Both the position numbers and the translations under genes were made by a program. From Parcubacteria group bacterium (GTDB lineage: Bacteria; Patescibacteriota; Microgenomatia; UBA1400; PJMF01), in assembly GCA_943350175.1 (NCBI GenBank), contig CALQZX010000004.1, positions 7,214 to 71,213 on the forward strand: a stretch of DNA of 64,000 nucleotides, read 5' to 3'. Below the pieces are notes generated by a model. That model searched no databases. It was not told the DNA's origin and saw only the letters and a program-made list of their open reading frames with translations. Positions 30,749 to 40,081 of the stretch are shown piece by piece. Positions within the stretch are counted from its first letter, which is position 1. The number at the start of each line of letters is the position of its first letter.

Positions 30749-31095
30749 AATGCGTTTAAATCCTCAGGCTCAGAAGCAGACTGGTGTTTGAGCTTTTCTT
30801 TCTCCAACTCCAATTGATGAACTCTTTTGGTTAATTCAAGAACTTCGTCTTTACCTTTTCTAATTTCATTTCTTTTTCCTCTGATCAGAAATGACATTGA
30901 AATATCATGAATAAGATTGATTAGATAAGACATTGCCAAACCAATAACTAGAGAGCCGACGATCACATAGAAAAGTGGAACATCACTTAAAACATAGAGT
31001 CCCAAATTAACCGAGACTGGGGTTAGATTGAACTGTGACAAATAAGCGAGAGCAGAGCCGACCAATAAAAACAAAATTAAAACAAGCATAAACAT
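30745..31095 (-). CDS. LapA/DUF1049-like membrane protein
   Basis: TM, N..PVSVNL, VPL, second TM, coiled-coil tail. Confidence 0.7.
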   Translation of the reverse strand: MFMLVLILFLLVGSALAYLSQFNLTPVSVNLGLYVLSDVPLFYVIVGSLVIGLAMSYLINLIHDISMSFLIRGKRNEIRKGKDEVLELTKRVHQLELEKEKLKHQSASEPEDLNAL

Positions 31096-31192
31096 ACCTT
31101 CCGGCGTCATTGTATGCTACAAAACTTAAATATAATACGAGACGTTTAGAATTTGATTGATTGTTCTGACTATTAGTCTATAATCAAAACAT

Positions 31193-33001
31193 ATGTCATC
31201 AAGACGTAGACATAATGCAAGAAGCTTGGGAATTGATGGGCCATCAGCAACAGATGAATTTGCTGAACGTTCTACTCAATTCAAGGGAGAAAAAGCAGCT
31301 AGCTTTGATAATCCAGGAAGATTAATTCTAGAACAAGCATCAGATAGCGATGAGATGCTTATGAGTTTAATGGGTGCCGGTGCGTTAATAAGCATTATTG
31401 ATCAAATATTTATTGCCTTAAATAATGGTAAATATTCACCAGAAGAAATTGGTATTAATAGGGAAAGAGCTGCAAATATTGCTAATTCAGCAGGAGCTCT
31501 ACAATTTTTGGGGATGGGAATTAGTCTATTAAAAAAATACGGCTATGAAGCCAAAGATTGGTTAAAAACTTATAGAGTTCCCGCTAGAGCTAAAACACGA
31601 CAACCAATGTGTATTCAAACTTTTGAATCACCTCACGTTAAGTGGAAACAATTGGGGACATCAGACAGTCTGCCTAATTTTGAAGTTGGAAAAGAATCTG
31701 GCGACGTCTTAATGCACTTTACCGTGCCACTTCGTGATGGCAACATGAAAGTTGGAATTGTTTTAGATGGAATTACCAATACTAAACATGCTGAAGCAGA
31801 TATCCTTTCTAGTAAAGATTTAGCAAGAATAATAGAAGAAGAACTTTCTTGGTTTCAAACAAAAAATAAAGGCAATATTAACAGGGAAACAATTGGTTAC
31901 TTTCTTTTAAAAATTCATGAAAAACTAGTAGCTAAGGGCATTGATCAGGGATTTTTTGAACGGGCTACGGCCGGAATGTTTTTTCATTTGGAAAATCGCC
32001 TTTTTATGGTTAGAGCTGCCGATACTAAATGGAATGTAACAACATATGATGAAAAAATTGATGACATAGTTACACTCTCACCACCACCCAATCACATTGA
32101 ACATTTTGATGACCCTCAAGTTGGACACTCACAAGCTGCGATGCTACCAGACATGCCAGAAGCATTATTGAGTGTTTTAGCAAAAACAGCAAAAGAAAAC
32201 GTGGAAAAATTAGTAAATTCAGGTGAAAAATATAATCGAGAAGATAAAACAACTACTGTTGCTGCCTTCGGTCATAGCGGACCAATTGAAAAATTTGTGG
32301 ATATTGATGAAATACAAATTGATCCAGATCAACCATTATTTGTACAAATCTCTTCAGATGGATTAACTGAGCTAAGTAGAGTTTTAGAAATCAAACAACC
32401 ATGGATGCTAGGTCTTGCTTTTGCATTAAATTCATACGCATCACGCATTGATCCTAATCAAGGTAGAGGAAAGAATAGTGCAAAGGTAGAAAGCAAGGTT
32501 TCTGGAAAAAAAGTGCTTCGTCCAGAAACCTTTTTTGCCAGGCAATTATTGGCCCGTCCATTTGCAATGGCACACTTGGCATCTTTATATTTAATGATGA
32601 TGGGCAAAGTACCTAAAGACATGGATTATCGTTTCAAAAAAGATGATACTTGCCTGTTATTCTACCGTAGCGAATCATTCTCTCTAAAAGCTCAGCAAGC
32701 TTTATTCAAACACTTATCTCCTCATTCCACGCAAAGAGGAAGTATTATTCATGATTATAAATCTGTTCTAGATGGCGGTTGGCAAAGATTTACCACCTTG
32801 TTCTTTCTTCTCACTGGAACGGTTTTCCCAGAAGGAAAACTACATGAATTGCGGGATAGTAGCGACCCAACTGTACTGGATTTGCATGTTAAAAAATTTA
32901 TTAGAGAAATTCTGATAACAGTGAACCTGCCTGATATACAGCGAGATGAAATAGATAGAATAATTGAAGAAGCACTACTAGGCAGTGAAAAAAAACTATA
33001 A
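31193..33001 (+). CDS. Orphan with a divergent PP2C/PPM-like phosphatase domain
   Basis: Ordered motifs IVLDG, AT, AADTK, ISSDGL, KDDT. Confidence 0.5.
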   Translation: MSSRRRHNARSLGIDGPSATDEFAERSTQFKGEKAASFDNPGRLILEQASDSDEMLMSLMGAGALISIIDQIFIALNNGKYSPEEIGINRERAANIANSAGALQFLGMGISLLKKYGYEAKDWLKTYRVPARAKTRQPMCIQTFESPHVKWKQLGTSDSLPNFEVGKESGDVLMHFTVPLRDGNMKVGIVLDGITNTKHAEADILSSKDLARIIEEELSWFQTKNKGNINRETIGYFLLKIHEKLVAKGIDQGFFERATAGMFFHLENRLFMVRAADTKWNVTTYDEKIDDIVTLSPPPNHIEHFDDPQVGHSQAAMLPDMPEALLSVLAKTAKENVEKLVNSGEKYNREDKTTTVAAFGHSGPIEKFVDIDEIQIDPDQPLFVQISSDGLTELSRVLEIKQPWMLGLAFALNSYASRIDPNQGRGKNSAKVESKVSGKKVLRPETFFARQLLARPFAMAHLASLYLMMMGKVPKDMDYRFKKDDTCLLFYRSESFSLKAQQALFKHLSPHSTQRGSIIHDYKSVLDGGWQRFTTLFFLLTGTVFPEGKLHELRDSSDPTVLDLHVKKFIREILITVNLPDIQRDEIDRIIEEALLGSEKKL

Positions 33002-33021
33002 AAATAATAGTTCACTTTTGA

Positions 33022-34689
33022 TTATCTCTTTACGTCTAGAATTTGGTAAATGACTTTTGATAAGGAATCAGCCACTTCTCCAACGACTTCATAAGCATAG
33101 TTTTCTTTGATGTGCAGAGAATCTCCGCCAACCCTACTGACATATAAAAAGTCACCAGTTTTTTCTTTTAGCAAATCCTTAAAAACATCTTTTTCATTGA
33201 TGAAATAAATATTTTCCAAACTTTTCGCGTATCGAAAGCCTTCTAAATCTAGGTTATAGTAAGTTAGATTTTTGGTTAAAAGCGTTGGGTTGTATTTTAA
33301 ATAGTACAAAAAATAAATATATGGCGTGGTGCCGACTTCGCTAAAAACCACAAACTGACGCTGATCCTTCTTCTGCCAAACTTGAGAAGTTAATTCCTTC
33401 ATGTACCAATTGGAGGAGTCTAGGTCTAATTTTGGAGCGATCAAGAAGTAATTGATAAAAAAATGATAAACAGAATAAACAAGTAAGAAGACCACTGGAA
33501 TAAAAATTAATCTTTTATCCCAAATTTTTCGCAAACCATAAGCTGAAATGACTGACAAAGGAATGAGCAAAGCAAAAGCTCTGGTACTATGATTAGCATC
33601 AAAAGTAATAATCGGAGCAATGATTGCCGCTAAAGTCATAAACAATATTAATTTTTGCCATGGTTTCTTTTCTTGAATAAAAAAGATCAGCGCTATTATA
33701 ATTAATAAGGCTTGCAAAGGATAAAGATTGGCTACTCTACTAACGTTGTGACTCGAATTTGTGCCACCCTTAATAAATAGAAAGTCAGCAGAAAAAACCT
33801 TAAAAATATTTATGCTTAACTGCTGACCGATTACTGAAAGATCATTAACGTACAGTTTAGCCCACATAGAAGATGGGTTGCTGAACCTCTGTCTATCTTG
33901 AAACATTTGCTCGTTGTAGTGAGCATTTTCAAAAATAGATAAGCCAGAAAATTTGACGGTATTGGCTTGCTTGAAACCTGAAAATATAAAAAGTGCGGCA
34001 CAAAAAAATAAAAAAACTAAATTAACAAAAAGTGATTTTTTAAATTTATTAAAATGATCAAAAAATAAATAATAGTTTGAAACAAATAGATATATAGCCA
34101 TAATTGGCGTGAAGATCTGAAAAGCATGATAAGTAAAAACCGTCAAACTCCAACAAAGAATCACCAACAAAGAATATTTAGTGGCAGTTTGTTTCTTCTT
34201 TATTTGCTCTAATAAAATTTCAAAAAAACAAAACCCAAGTAACCAAAAAAATAAAGCTAAATTAGCCTCATAAGCCACTTTAGCAAAATGAATTGACCAG
34301 GGAGTAATTGCTAAAATTAAAGCAGTCAATATTGCCAATAATTCGTCTTTACTCCATTTTTTAACCAAATAAAAGGAAGTGAAAATAATTCCTAAACTAG
34401 CCAAAGCGGATGGGAACTTAACCACCCAATCTTCTAAGCCAAAAATTGCTAAAAATGGTAATAAAGAATAAACATATCCAGGCAATTTCCAGTCTCCAAA
34501 AGATTCAATTTGCAAAGGTAAAAAGCTACCATGTTCTTCTTTAAAAGTTTTTAAGATGGCGAAGGAATTATAAGCCAAAGAAGCCTCATCTCTATTTAAA
34601 GCTACTGGCACTTTGGCAAACTGCCAAAAACGCAAGACAACAGCCAGAAGAAGAATTAAGAATAATGGTAACTTTTTATTCATCATCAC
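33022..34689 (-). CDS. GT-C glycosyltransferase (PMT/ArnT-like)
   Basis: LRFW..P.LNRDEA, FGDWKLP, PWSIHF, multiple TM helices. Confidence 0.85.
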   Translation of the reverse strand: MMMNKKLPLFLILLLAVVLRFWQFAKVPVALNRDEASLAYNSFAILKTFKEEHGSFLPLQIESFGDWKLPGYVYSLLPFLAIFGLEDWVVKFPSALASLGIIFTSFYLVKKWSKDELLAILTALILAITPWSIHFAKVAYEANLALFFWLLGFCFFEILLEQIKKKQTATKYSLLVILCWSLTVFTYHAFQIFTPIMAIYLFVSNYYLFFDHFNKFKKSLFVNLVFLFFCAALFIFSGFKQANTVKFSGLSIFENAHYNEQMFQDRQRFSNPSSMWAKLYVNDLSVIGQQLSINIFKVFSADFLFIKGGTNSSHNVSRVANLYPLQALLIIIALIFFIQEKKPWQKLILFMTLAAIIAPIITFDANHSTRAFALLIPLSVISAYGLRKIWDKRLIFIPVVFLLVYSVYHFFINYFLIAPKLDLDSSNWYMKELTSQVWQKKDQRQFVVFSEVGTTPYIYFLYYLKYNPTLLTKNLTYYNLDLEGFRYAKSLENIYFINEKDVFKDLLKEKTGDFLYVSRVGGDSLHIKENYAYEVVGEVADSLSKVIYQILDVKR

Positions 34690-34931
34690 ATCTTCAAATA
34701 TGTTAGCAATTCAAACATCAGAATAGCTGGCCAGAAAAAGGCTTTGCCAATGCCCGTCATAACTAAACCAAAAGTGCCGGCACCCTTAAGAAAATAAAAT
34801 AAGGCGCCAACAACACCTAAGCCATAGATAGCGTTGGAGCAGCCTTGACTATGGTGGCCACAATGCCCGTTGCAACCTCTAGAGAAAGCGCTGCCATCGC
34901 AACATTCTGGGGATGAGTTTTCTTTTTTCAT
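34686..34931 (-). CDS. Small Cys/His-rich membrane protein
   Basis: CC..C.GHC.HH...C then YGLG..GA and KAFFWPA; start ATG 34931. Confidence 0.7.
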   Translation of the reverse strand: MKKENSSPECCDGSAFSRGCNGHCGHHSQGCSNAIYGLGVVGALFYFLKGAGTFGLVMTGIGKAFFWPAILMFELLTYLKM

Positions 34932-34982
34932 GAGCTCATTATAATACAAAGACTCATACTCTGTACATAAATGACAACATTC

Positions 34983-37385
34983 TCATTGATGATAAATCTG
35001 TATTTTTCTCATTTGCACTGCCATAAATCCTCTTCGTAAAATTAAAAAAACAATAGCCGATAAGGTTGAAATGAAAAACAAATTACACACATTGAAAACT
35101 CGTTTCACTTCCAAATTCTCTGCCACATCATTCATTGCTCCAAGCACATTGGGAAATTCATCATTTTCTTCATTCGATCCATCAATTACTTTAGTTGGTT
35201 TGTGATTTAAGAACCTAATATTAAAACTACTGGCAGCGTATCCTGACTGATAATTTTCTCCACTTTCACCAAGACCACTCACCCAAGCTAATAATTGATA
35301 ATTGCCGTCATAGGCTTCTTTGGACATTGTCATCTGAAAACTCAACTTGATATCCTCGCCGCCCATCACACTTTCCAAAGCTACTATTCCGCCACCAATC
35401 ACCTCACCTTGACTATCTAAAAGCAAAGTATGAAGTTGTGTGTCTAGACTAATTCCGCCACCATTTTTAAGAAATATCTCAAAAATAACGCCATCTCCAG
35501 GATACACAAACTTATTTACGTTATTTTTTGCCTGAATTTCAAAGTTTGGCATTTGAACCTCTCGTTTTTCCTGATCAATATTTTCCTGAGTACTTGTCAA
35601 CTCTTTTTTTAGAAAAATCACTGGAATCTCGGAAAGCCAATAATTATTGGTCATGTTCTCATCGTCTCTACCCCTAACTGATATTTGACTCAATATTTGC
35701 TTCGCATCAACTGGTAAACTTTCTAGGTTTCCCTGCACTGTATAAACTTTTTTTTCTCCAGGCAAAAAATTACCCGCACGCCATGACCAAGCTCCTGTTC
35801 CTGAATTCAGCATCAATCCATCAACACTCAAATTTTTTAGCCAAGGCACAGTTTGAGTCACCATCACGTCTCTAGCTGCAATCAAACCTCTGTTTTGAAT
35901 TTGCACCAAATAGTCAACTACTCCCTCAGATTTTACTCCTGATGATGACTCTAGAAGTAATACCTCTAAATCAGGGTAAGCAAAAATCAACGAACCACTC
36001 CAATCGCCCAATATATTTAAATCGACATGCGACAAATGCGAGTTGATCAGGATGGAATTTATGTAGGAAAAGCTTGAAGCCACTGCTCTCGCATCGCCGG
36101 TTTCCAGCTCCGCTACACCATCAGTAATTTTTTGAGTATTTCTACCAGTATTCGCTGTCGCTACCGCCAAAGAATCAACTTTAGCCTCATTGTTGATTTC
36201 TGCTTCAATCGACAGACCAGTCTCACCGACATCATCGATTTGATTAGAACTCAATTGATCAAATTCGGTGAATAAATATTCAAACTCATGTGCTCCAGCT
36301 TCAAAAGTTTGAACATCATTAGGATCATTCCAACCATAGACCTGGCCCTCCCAGTCAGAGAGGATGTTTAACCTAACCAAATACTTCAGAGCATTCAAGT
36401 AGACACTGTTCATTTCAACTTGTGACACACTTATGGAATCAGCATTACCACTACTTAGTCTTAAGACGCTTTTGTCGTCTGATTCTTCTATTAATTGTGT
36501 ATTTTCCCCAGTCTGCGCAGCTGATATGGCATTGTTGTTGACCACAGTTGAATTATCAATTTCTAGATTTAGCTGATCAATACATTGATTAGTAAATTGT
36601 TGATTCACGAGCCATTCAATAAAAGATTTTGAAACATAATTGGGATTTTCAAGAATTATATTTCCTGAATAATCAGAGAAAATATTAAAAACATCATATT
36701 TAAAAGTAGAGTCGATAAGCACTGAATTAACCACTGCCACTGAGGTTGCGGATGCCAAAGCATCACCAGTCGACATTGATAAAGAGCCATCACTCACTAA
36801 ACTTTGGGTGTTATCTCCAGTATTTGCTATTGCCACCGCTTCCACTGACACCACAGCGTCTTGAGATACTCTGACATCAACAGACTCAGTAGTGGAATCT
36901 ATGGGTTCAGAAATCATTACGTCATCATCGCTTGCCTGCAGATTGTGCTCAGTCACTTCAAGCTCGCTGTTTACTAATTCTGTATTTGCTGAGACCATGC
37001 TCACCGCAGACGCCTCTGCTAGACCGGTTTGTTGCGCCAATTCTGTCTCTGCTGTCAAAAGATCGCTTTCCAAAGATTGAGTTTCGGTGGGCGTGGGCGT
37101 AGGAGTGGGAGTGGGCGTGGGCGTAGGAGTGGGAGAAAACTCAGGAAGCACGGTTTCTTGATTAGATTGAGTTTGTTCTTGAACGATCTCAATTACTGGG
37201 GATTGTTTTAAATCTGCAACATTTTCTACTGGCGGAGCATCAGGAGAAACAACAGCAGCTGGACTCTCCTCACTTATCGCAAATACAACCTCATCAGCGT
37301 AAATTTTTGTTGGGAAAAACAACTCCAGCCACACTTGACCAAAACTCAACTGAACAAAGATGAGCAGAGAAGTAAATCTTTTCAT
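34983..37385 (-). CDS. Large surface protein: signal peptide, Pro/Thr linker, three NTGxNxQ/TGDA repeats, Ig-like (DUF11-like) domains, C-terminal TM anchor
   Basis: ANTGDNTQ, AQTGENTQ, ANTGRNTQ; PDLEV..Y...N.G...A, LPGE; C-terminal hydrophobic helix plus basic residues. Confidence 0.75.
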   Translation of the reverse strand: MKRFTSLLIFVQLSFGQVWLELFFPTKIYADEVVFAISEESPAAVVSPDAPPVENVADLKQSPVIEIVQEQTQSNQETVLPEFSPTPTPTPTPTPTPTPTETQSLESDLLTAETELAQQTGLAEASAVSMVSANTELVNSELEVTEHNLQASDDDVMISEPIDSTTESVDVRVSQDAVVSVEAVAIANTGDNTQSLVSDGSLSMSTGDALASATSVAVVNSVLIDSTFKYDVFNIFSDYSGNIILENPNYVSKSFIEWLVNQQFTNQCIDQLNLEIDNSTVVNNNAISAAQTGENTQLIEESDDKSVLRLSSGNADSISVSQVEMNSVYLNALKYLVRLNILSDWEGQVYGWNDPNDVQTFEAGAHEFEYLFTEFDQLSSNQIDDVGETGLSIEAEINNEAKVDSLAVATANTGRNTQKITDGVAELETGDARAVASSFSYINSILINSHLSHVDLNILGDWSGSLIFAYPDLEVLLLESSSGVKSEGVVDYLVQIQNRGLIAARDVMVTQTVPWLKNLSVDGLMLNSGTGAWSWRAGNFLPGEKKVYTVQGNLESLPVDAKQILSQISVRGRDDENMTNNYWLSEIPVIFLKKELTSTQENIDQEKREVQMPNFEIQAKNNVNKFVYPGDGVIFEIFLKNGGGISLDTQLHTLLLDSQGEVIGGGIVALESVMGGEDIKLSFQMTMSKEAYDGNYQLLAWVSGLGESGENYQSGYAASSFNIRFLNHKPTKVIDGSNEENDEFPNVLGAMNDVAENLEVKRVFNVCNLFFISTLSAIVFLILRRGFMAVQMRKIQIYHQ
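37087..37134. repeat. Exact 24-bp tandem duplication encoding a (Pro-Thr)n linker
   Basis: GTGGGCGTGGGCGTAGGAGTGGGA x2. Confidence 0.95.
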
Positions 37386-37394
37386 ATTTTACCC

Positions 37395-37421
37395 GGGAGG
37401 GGAGCCACATGCTCCCCTCCC
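37395..37421 (-). promoter_or_regulatory. GC-rich 11-bp intergenic hairpin without U-tract
   Basis: GGGAGGGGAGC-CACAT-GCTCCCCTCCC, 9 nt before the ATG of the 800-aa gene. Confidence 0.75.
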
Positions 37422-37444
37422 TCTCAAATCAAAACTTAATATCT

Positions 37445-37999
37445 TTAGCGACTGATGCGCAAATCAGTCATATTGACTCTAGCCGTAGCTGTTCCGATTG
37501 CTGTTGACCCACCAGTTCTCGTGGTCTGAGTGCTATTACGGCGCCAACTATCTATATCCTGGTCATTGTCACCAGTTTCAGCATCAGCAGTAGCATTATT
37601 TGAGAGTCTAGTATCGTCATTTTCGACTCCAACCTCAAAATTATTACTACCGCACCTGCTAGTTACGCAAGCATAGTCAACTTGCATAAAGGTTTCGTTG
37701 ACAACTGCGTCGGCAAGAGCATCTGCTGCAGAATTACCGGTTTCAATCAGTTGAGTCAGAGTAGGACCGCTCCTCGTACGATGAGTGAACATACTCCTCA
37801 CTGCGTCTATATCTTGATCATTATCTCCAGTATTGGCTTCTGCAACTGCGTTGTTACTGACCGTGGTGTCGCTATTTTCCACTGTCACTTCAAACGTAGA
37901 ACCCCGATGATTCCTCCAATCATATGCTTGGGCGGTTCCTACGCTTCCACCAACCAGAAGCATCCAAGCCAAACCAGCAACAATTACTTTACCTACCAT
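37445..37999 (-). CDS. Small secreted protein of two NTGxNxQ/TGxxxA repeats
   Basis: Signal peptide ending AQA; FEVxVENxDTxxSNNAxAxAxTGDNDQDID twice; strong SD AAAGGAGG. Confidence 0.8.
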   Translation of the reverse strand: MVGKVIVAGLAWMLLVGGSVGTAQAYDWRNHRGSTFEVTVENSDTTVSNNAVAEANTGDNDQDIDAVRSMFTHRTRSGPTLTQLIETGNSAADALADAVVNETFMQVDYACVTSRCGSNNFEVGVENDDTRLSNNATADAETGDNDQDIDSWRRNSTQTTRTGGSTAIGTATARVNMTDLRISR

Positions 38000-38080
38000 A
38001 TACCCCCTCCTTTCTGGGATACTTTATACTAAAGCAATGCTAAGAATTTTCTAAATTAATAGATGTAATTAGCTGGACAA

Positions 38081-38108
38081 AAAATTTGTTAACTAGCTAA
38101 CAAATTTT
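38081..38108. promoter_or_regulatory. Crp/Fnr-type binding site (TGTTA-N6-TAACA)
   Basis: Perfect inverted repeat AAAATTTGTTA-ACTAGC-TAACAAATTTT between divergent genes; weaker copy TGTAA-N6-GGACA at 38064-79. Confidence 0.75.
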
Positions 38109-38143
38109 GAAATATCAATCCTTTTTGTGATATACTTGACACA

Positions 38144-38809
38144 ATGAAAGACTCAGATTGTTTACGCTATAAACTTGATGTTTTCTTCATGAAACACCAC
38201 CACATCTATTTAAAAAAGCACGAGCATTTACTCCAACCATATCAAAACATAAATTACGTCTACTACCTTTATCAAGGATCAATTAGACAATACTCTATCT
38301 CTAAAAATGGCAATGAACTCACGCTCGTGGTTTTCAACACTGGCACAATTCTATTCTTTCTACAACTTCTAGACTGTAAGAATGCCACTAGTAAATATTT
38401 CTATCAGGCACTTACTCCCTGCAAAATTTATGTCGCCACGTTGGAAGAAACTTGTAGTTTTCTTAGACAAAACACGCAGATACTTATTGATTTCATGCAG
38501 CGCCTTGGTCGAGGTTTGGAAGGTTTTTTAACTCAAATTGAATCAATTGCGTTGGGAAATGCAGACGAAAAACTCGCCACTCTACTGCTGACATTATCTC
38601 AAAGATTTGGTCAAAAAATTGAAAGAGGTACTCTCATCAGTCTACCTCTCACTCATTATGATTTGTCATGTATGGTCGGCACCTCCAGAGAAACAGCCAG
38701 TACAGTTTTAAAAAAAATGGAGCGTGCGGGAATTATTTTTAGACGTAAAAAGCAAACGGTCATCACTAATCCAAGTAAACTGGAAGAGTTAGCACTTTCT
38801 CACACATAA
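38144..38809 (+). CDS. Crp/Fnr-family transcriptional regulator
   Basis: cNMP-like beta-barrel, then LTHYDLSCMVGTSRETAS helix-turn-helix. Confidence 0.92.
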   Translation: MKDSDCLRYKLDVFFMKHHHIYLKKHEHLLQPYQNINYVYYLYQGSIRQYSISKNGNELTLVVFNTGTILFFLQLLDCKNATSKYFYQALTPCKIYVATLEETCSFLRQNTQILIDFMQRLGRGLEGFLTQIESIALGNADEKLATLLLTLSQRFGQKIERGTLISLPLTHYDLSCMVGTSRETASTVLKKMERAGIIFRRKKQTVITNPSKLEELALSHT

Positions 38810-38833
38810 TCAAATAATTGTTCGCTTAGCTTG

Positions 38834-40003
38834 TTACTTCTTCAACAAATATTTATATAGCATTTGATAGTAACTACCAAAACTCGCTGTTAGGAAAACA
38901 AAGCAAACTAAGCCGCCAAGAACTGGAATCATGCTAATGGTTGACAGCACTAAGGCACCAAGTAAAACTGGCTGCCAGCTTAATTCAGCGTTCTTTTTGG
39001 TAAATAATTTCATCAACCAAAGACCAAAGATAATGCTGGCAGTTGCCTTAGCTAACATCATCAGCAAACCATAAACTATTAGATTTAAGCCAGACAACCA
39101 AATACCAAATATCGTGAAAAATAAAATAATGCTAGCAATTGGCAGCATGATCATCAAAGTAAAACCCATGACAGCATTGGACCAAAAATTAGTCGACAGC
39201 TCTTTGGATGAATTTTTAAGTAATTTAATAAGTAACAAAAATATTGTGAAACTACTAACCAACGCCCCAACAAGCTTCATCATCCAAGTGCCAACTGCAA
39301 ATGCACCAAAGATTGAAGCAACTTCTTTATTTTCAAACTTTCCTTGAGAGCCAAAGCGTTCTTGATCTAATTTCTTGTAATCAACGACACCAGAAATAGT
39401 GGCATTATCTGCCATTTCGACTTCACGAGGGGAACTATAAGTGAGGTCACCTTTCAAGACTGCTTTATCACCCAGAACTAGTTCATCAGCTTCAACTTTC
39501 ACATCGCCAGTGATAGTGGAATTGATAATTACTTTTTTGCCACCTATAAATGCATCACCGACAACTGGAGCTTGCAGGTCAACTGTGCCTGCACCAGCAT
39601 AAAAACCTCCGCCAATTTTGGCTGCACTAGAAATAGTAAGGGTGCCTGCACCTACAAACAAATCATCGGCAATCTCGCTATCAATAACAACCGTTCCTCC
39701 TCCTAAATGAACAGAGCCTCCAACATTGCCCTTAACTAAAATTGTTTCACCACCAGCTTTGAGATCATCTTCCACATCACCATTAATATTTATGGTTTTG
39801 CCACCAAGATATAAACTTTTGGCAATATCGGCATCAATAGTTAAAAGATTGCCCGCAGCATACAAATTGCTTAACTTTTCACTAGCAGCTACTGTGACAT
39901 TTTCATTCTCTTTGAAACCAGTTCTAAACTCTGCAGCTTGAGCAGGAGTGCTATTCAAAATCAAACTTGATAAAAAAAACAAAAAGGCAAATAAGCGTTT
40001 CAT
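38834..40003 (-). CDS. Bactofilin-like beta-helix membrane protein
   Basis: Signal peptide, repeated I.G.V.GD(L/V)..GG units, multi-TM C-terminus. Confidence 0.75.
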   Translation of the reverse strand: MKRLFAFLFFLSSLILNSTPAQAAEFRTGFKENENVTVAASEKLSNLYAAGNLLTIDADIAKSLYLGGKTININGDVEDDLKAGGETILVKGNVGGSVHLGGGTVVIDSEIADDLFVGAGTLTISSAAKIGGGFYAGAGTVDLQAPVVGDAFIGGKKVIINSTITGDVKVEADELVLGDKAVLKGDLTYSSPREVEMADNATISGVVDYKKLDQERFGSQGKFENKEVASIFGAFAVGTWMMKLVGALVSSFTIFLLLIKLLKNSSKELSTNFWSNAVMGFTLMIMLPIASIILFFTIFGIWLSGLNLIVYGLLMMLAKATASIIFGLWLMKLFTKKNAELSWQPVLLGALVLSTISMIPVLGGLVCFVFLTASFGSYYQMLYKYLLKK

Positions 40004-40081
40004 ATGATCCTTTGTATATACTTAATATTTAGTATAGCAAAAAAATGGCTAAAAAATATATCATGCTATCATAGAGCGAAC

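Noticed and set aside
37395-37421. Intergenic hairpin as an intrinsic terminator
   Set aside because: No U-tract follows on the coding strand, and the next ATG is 9 nt away.
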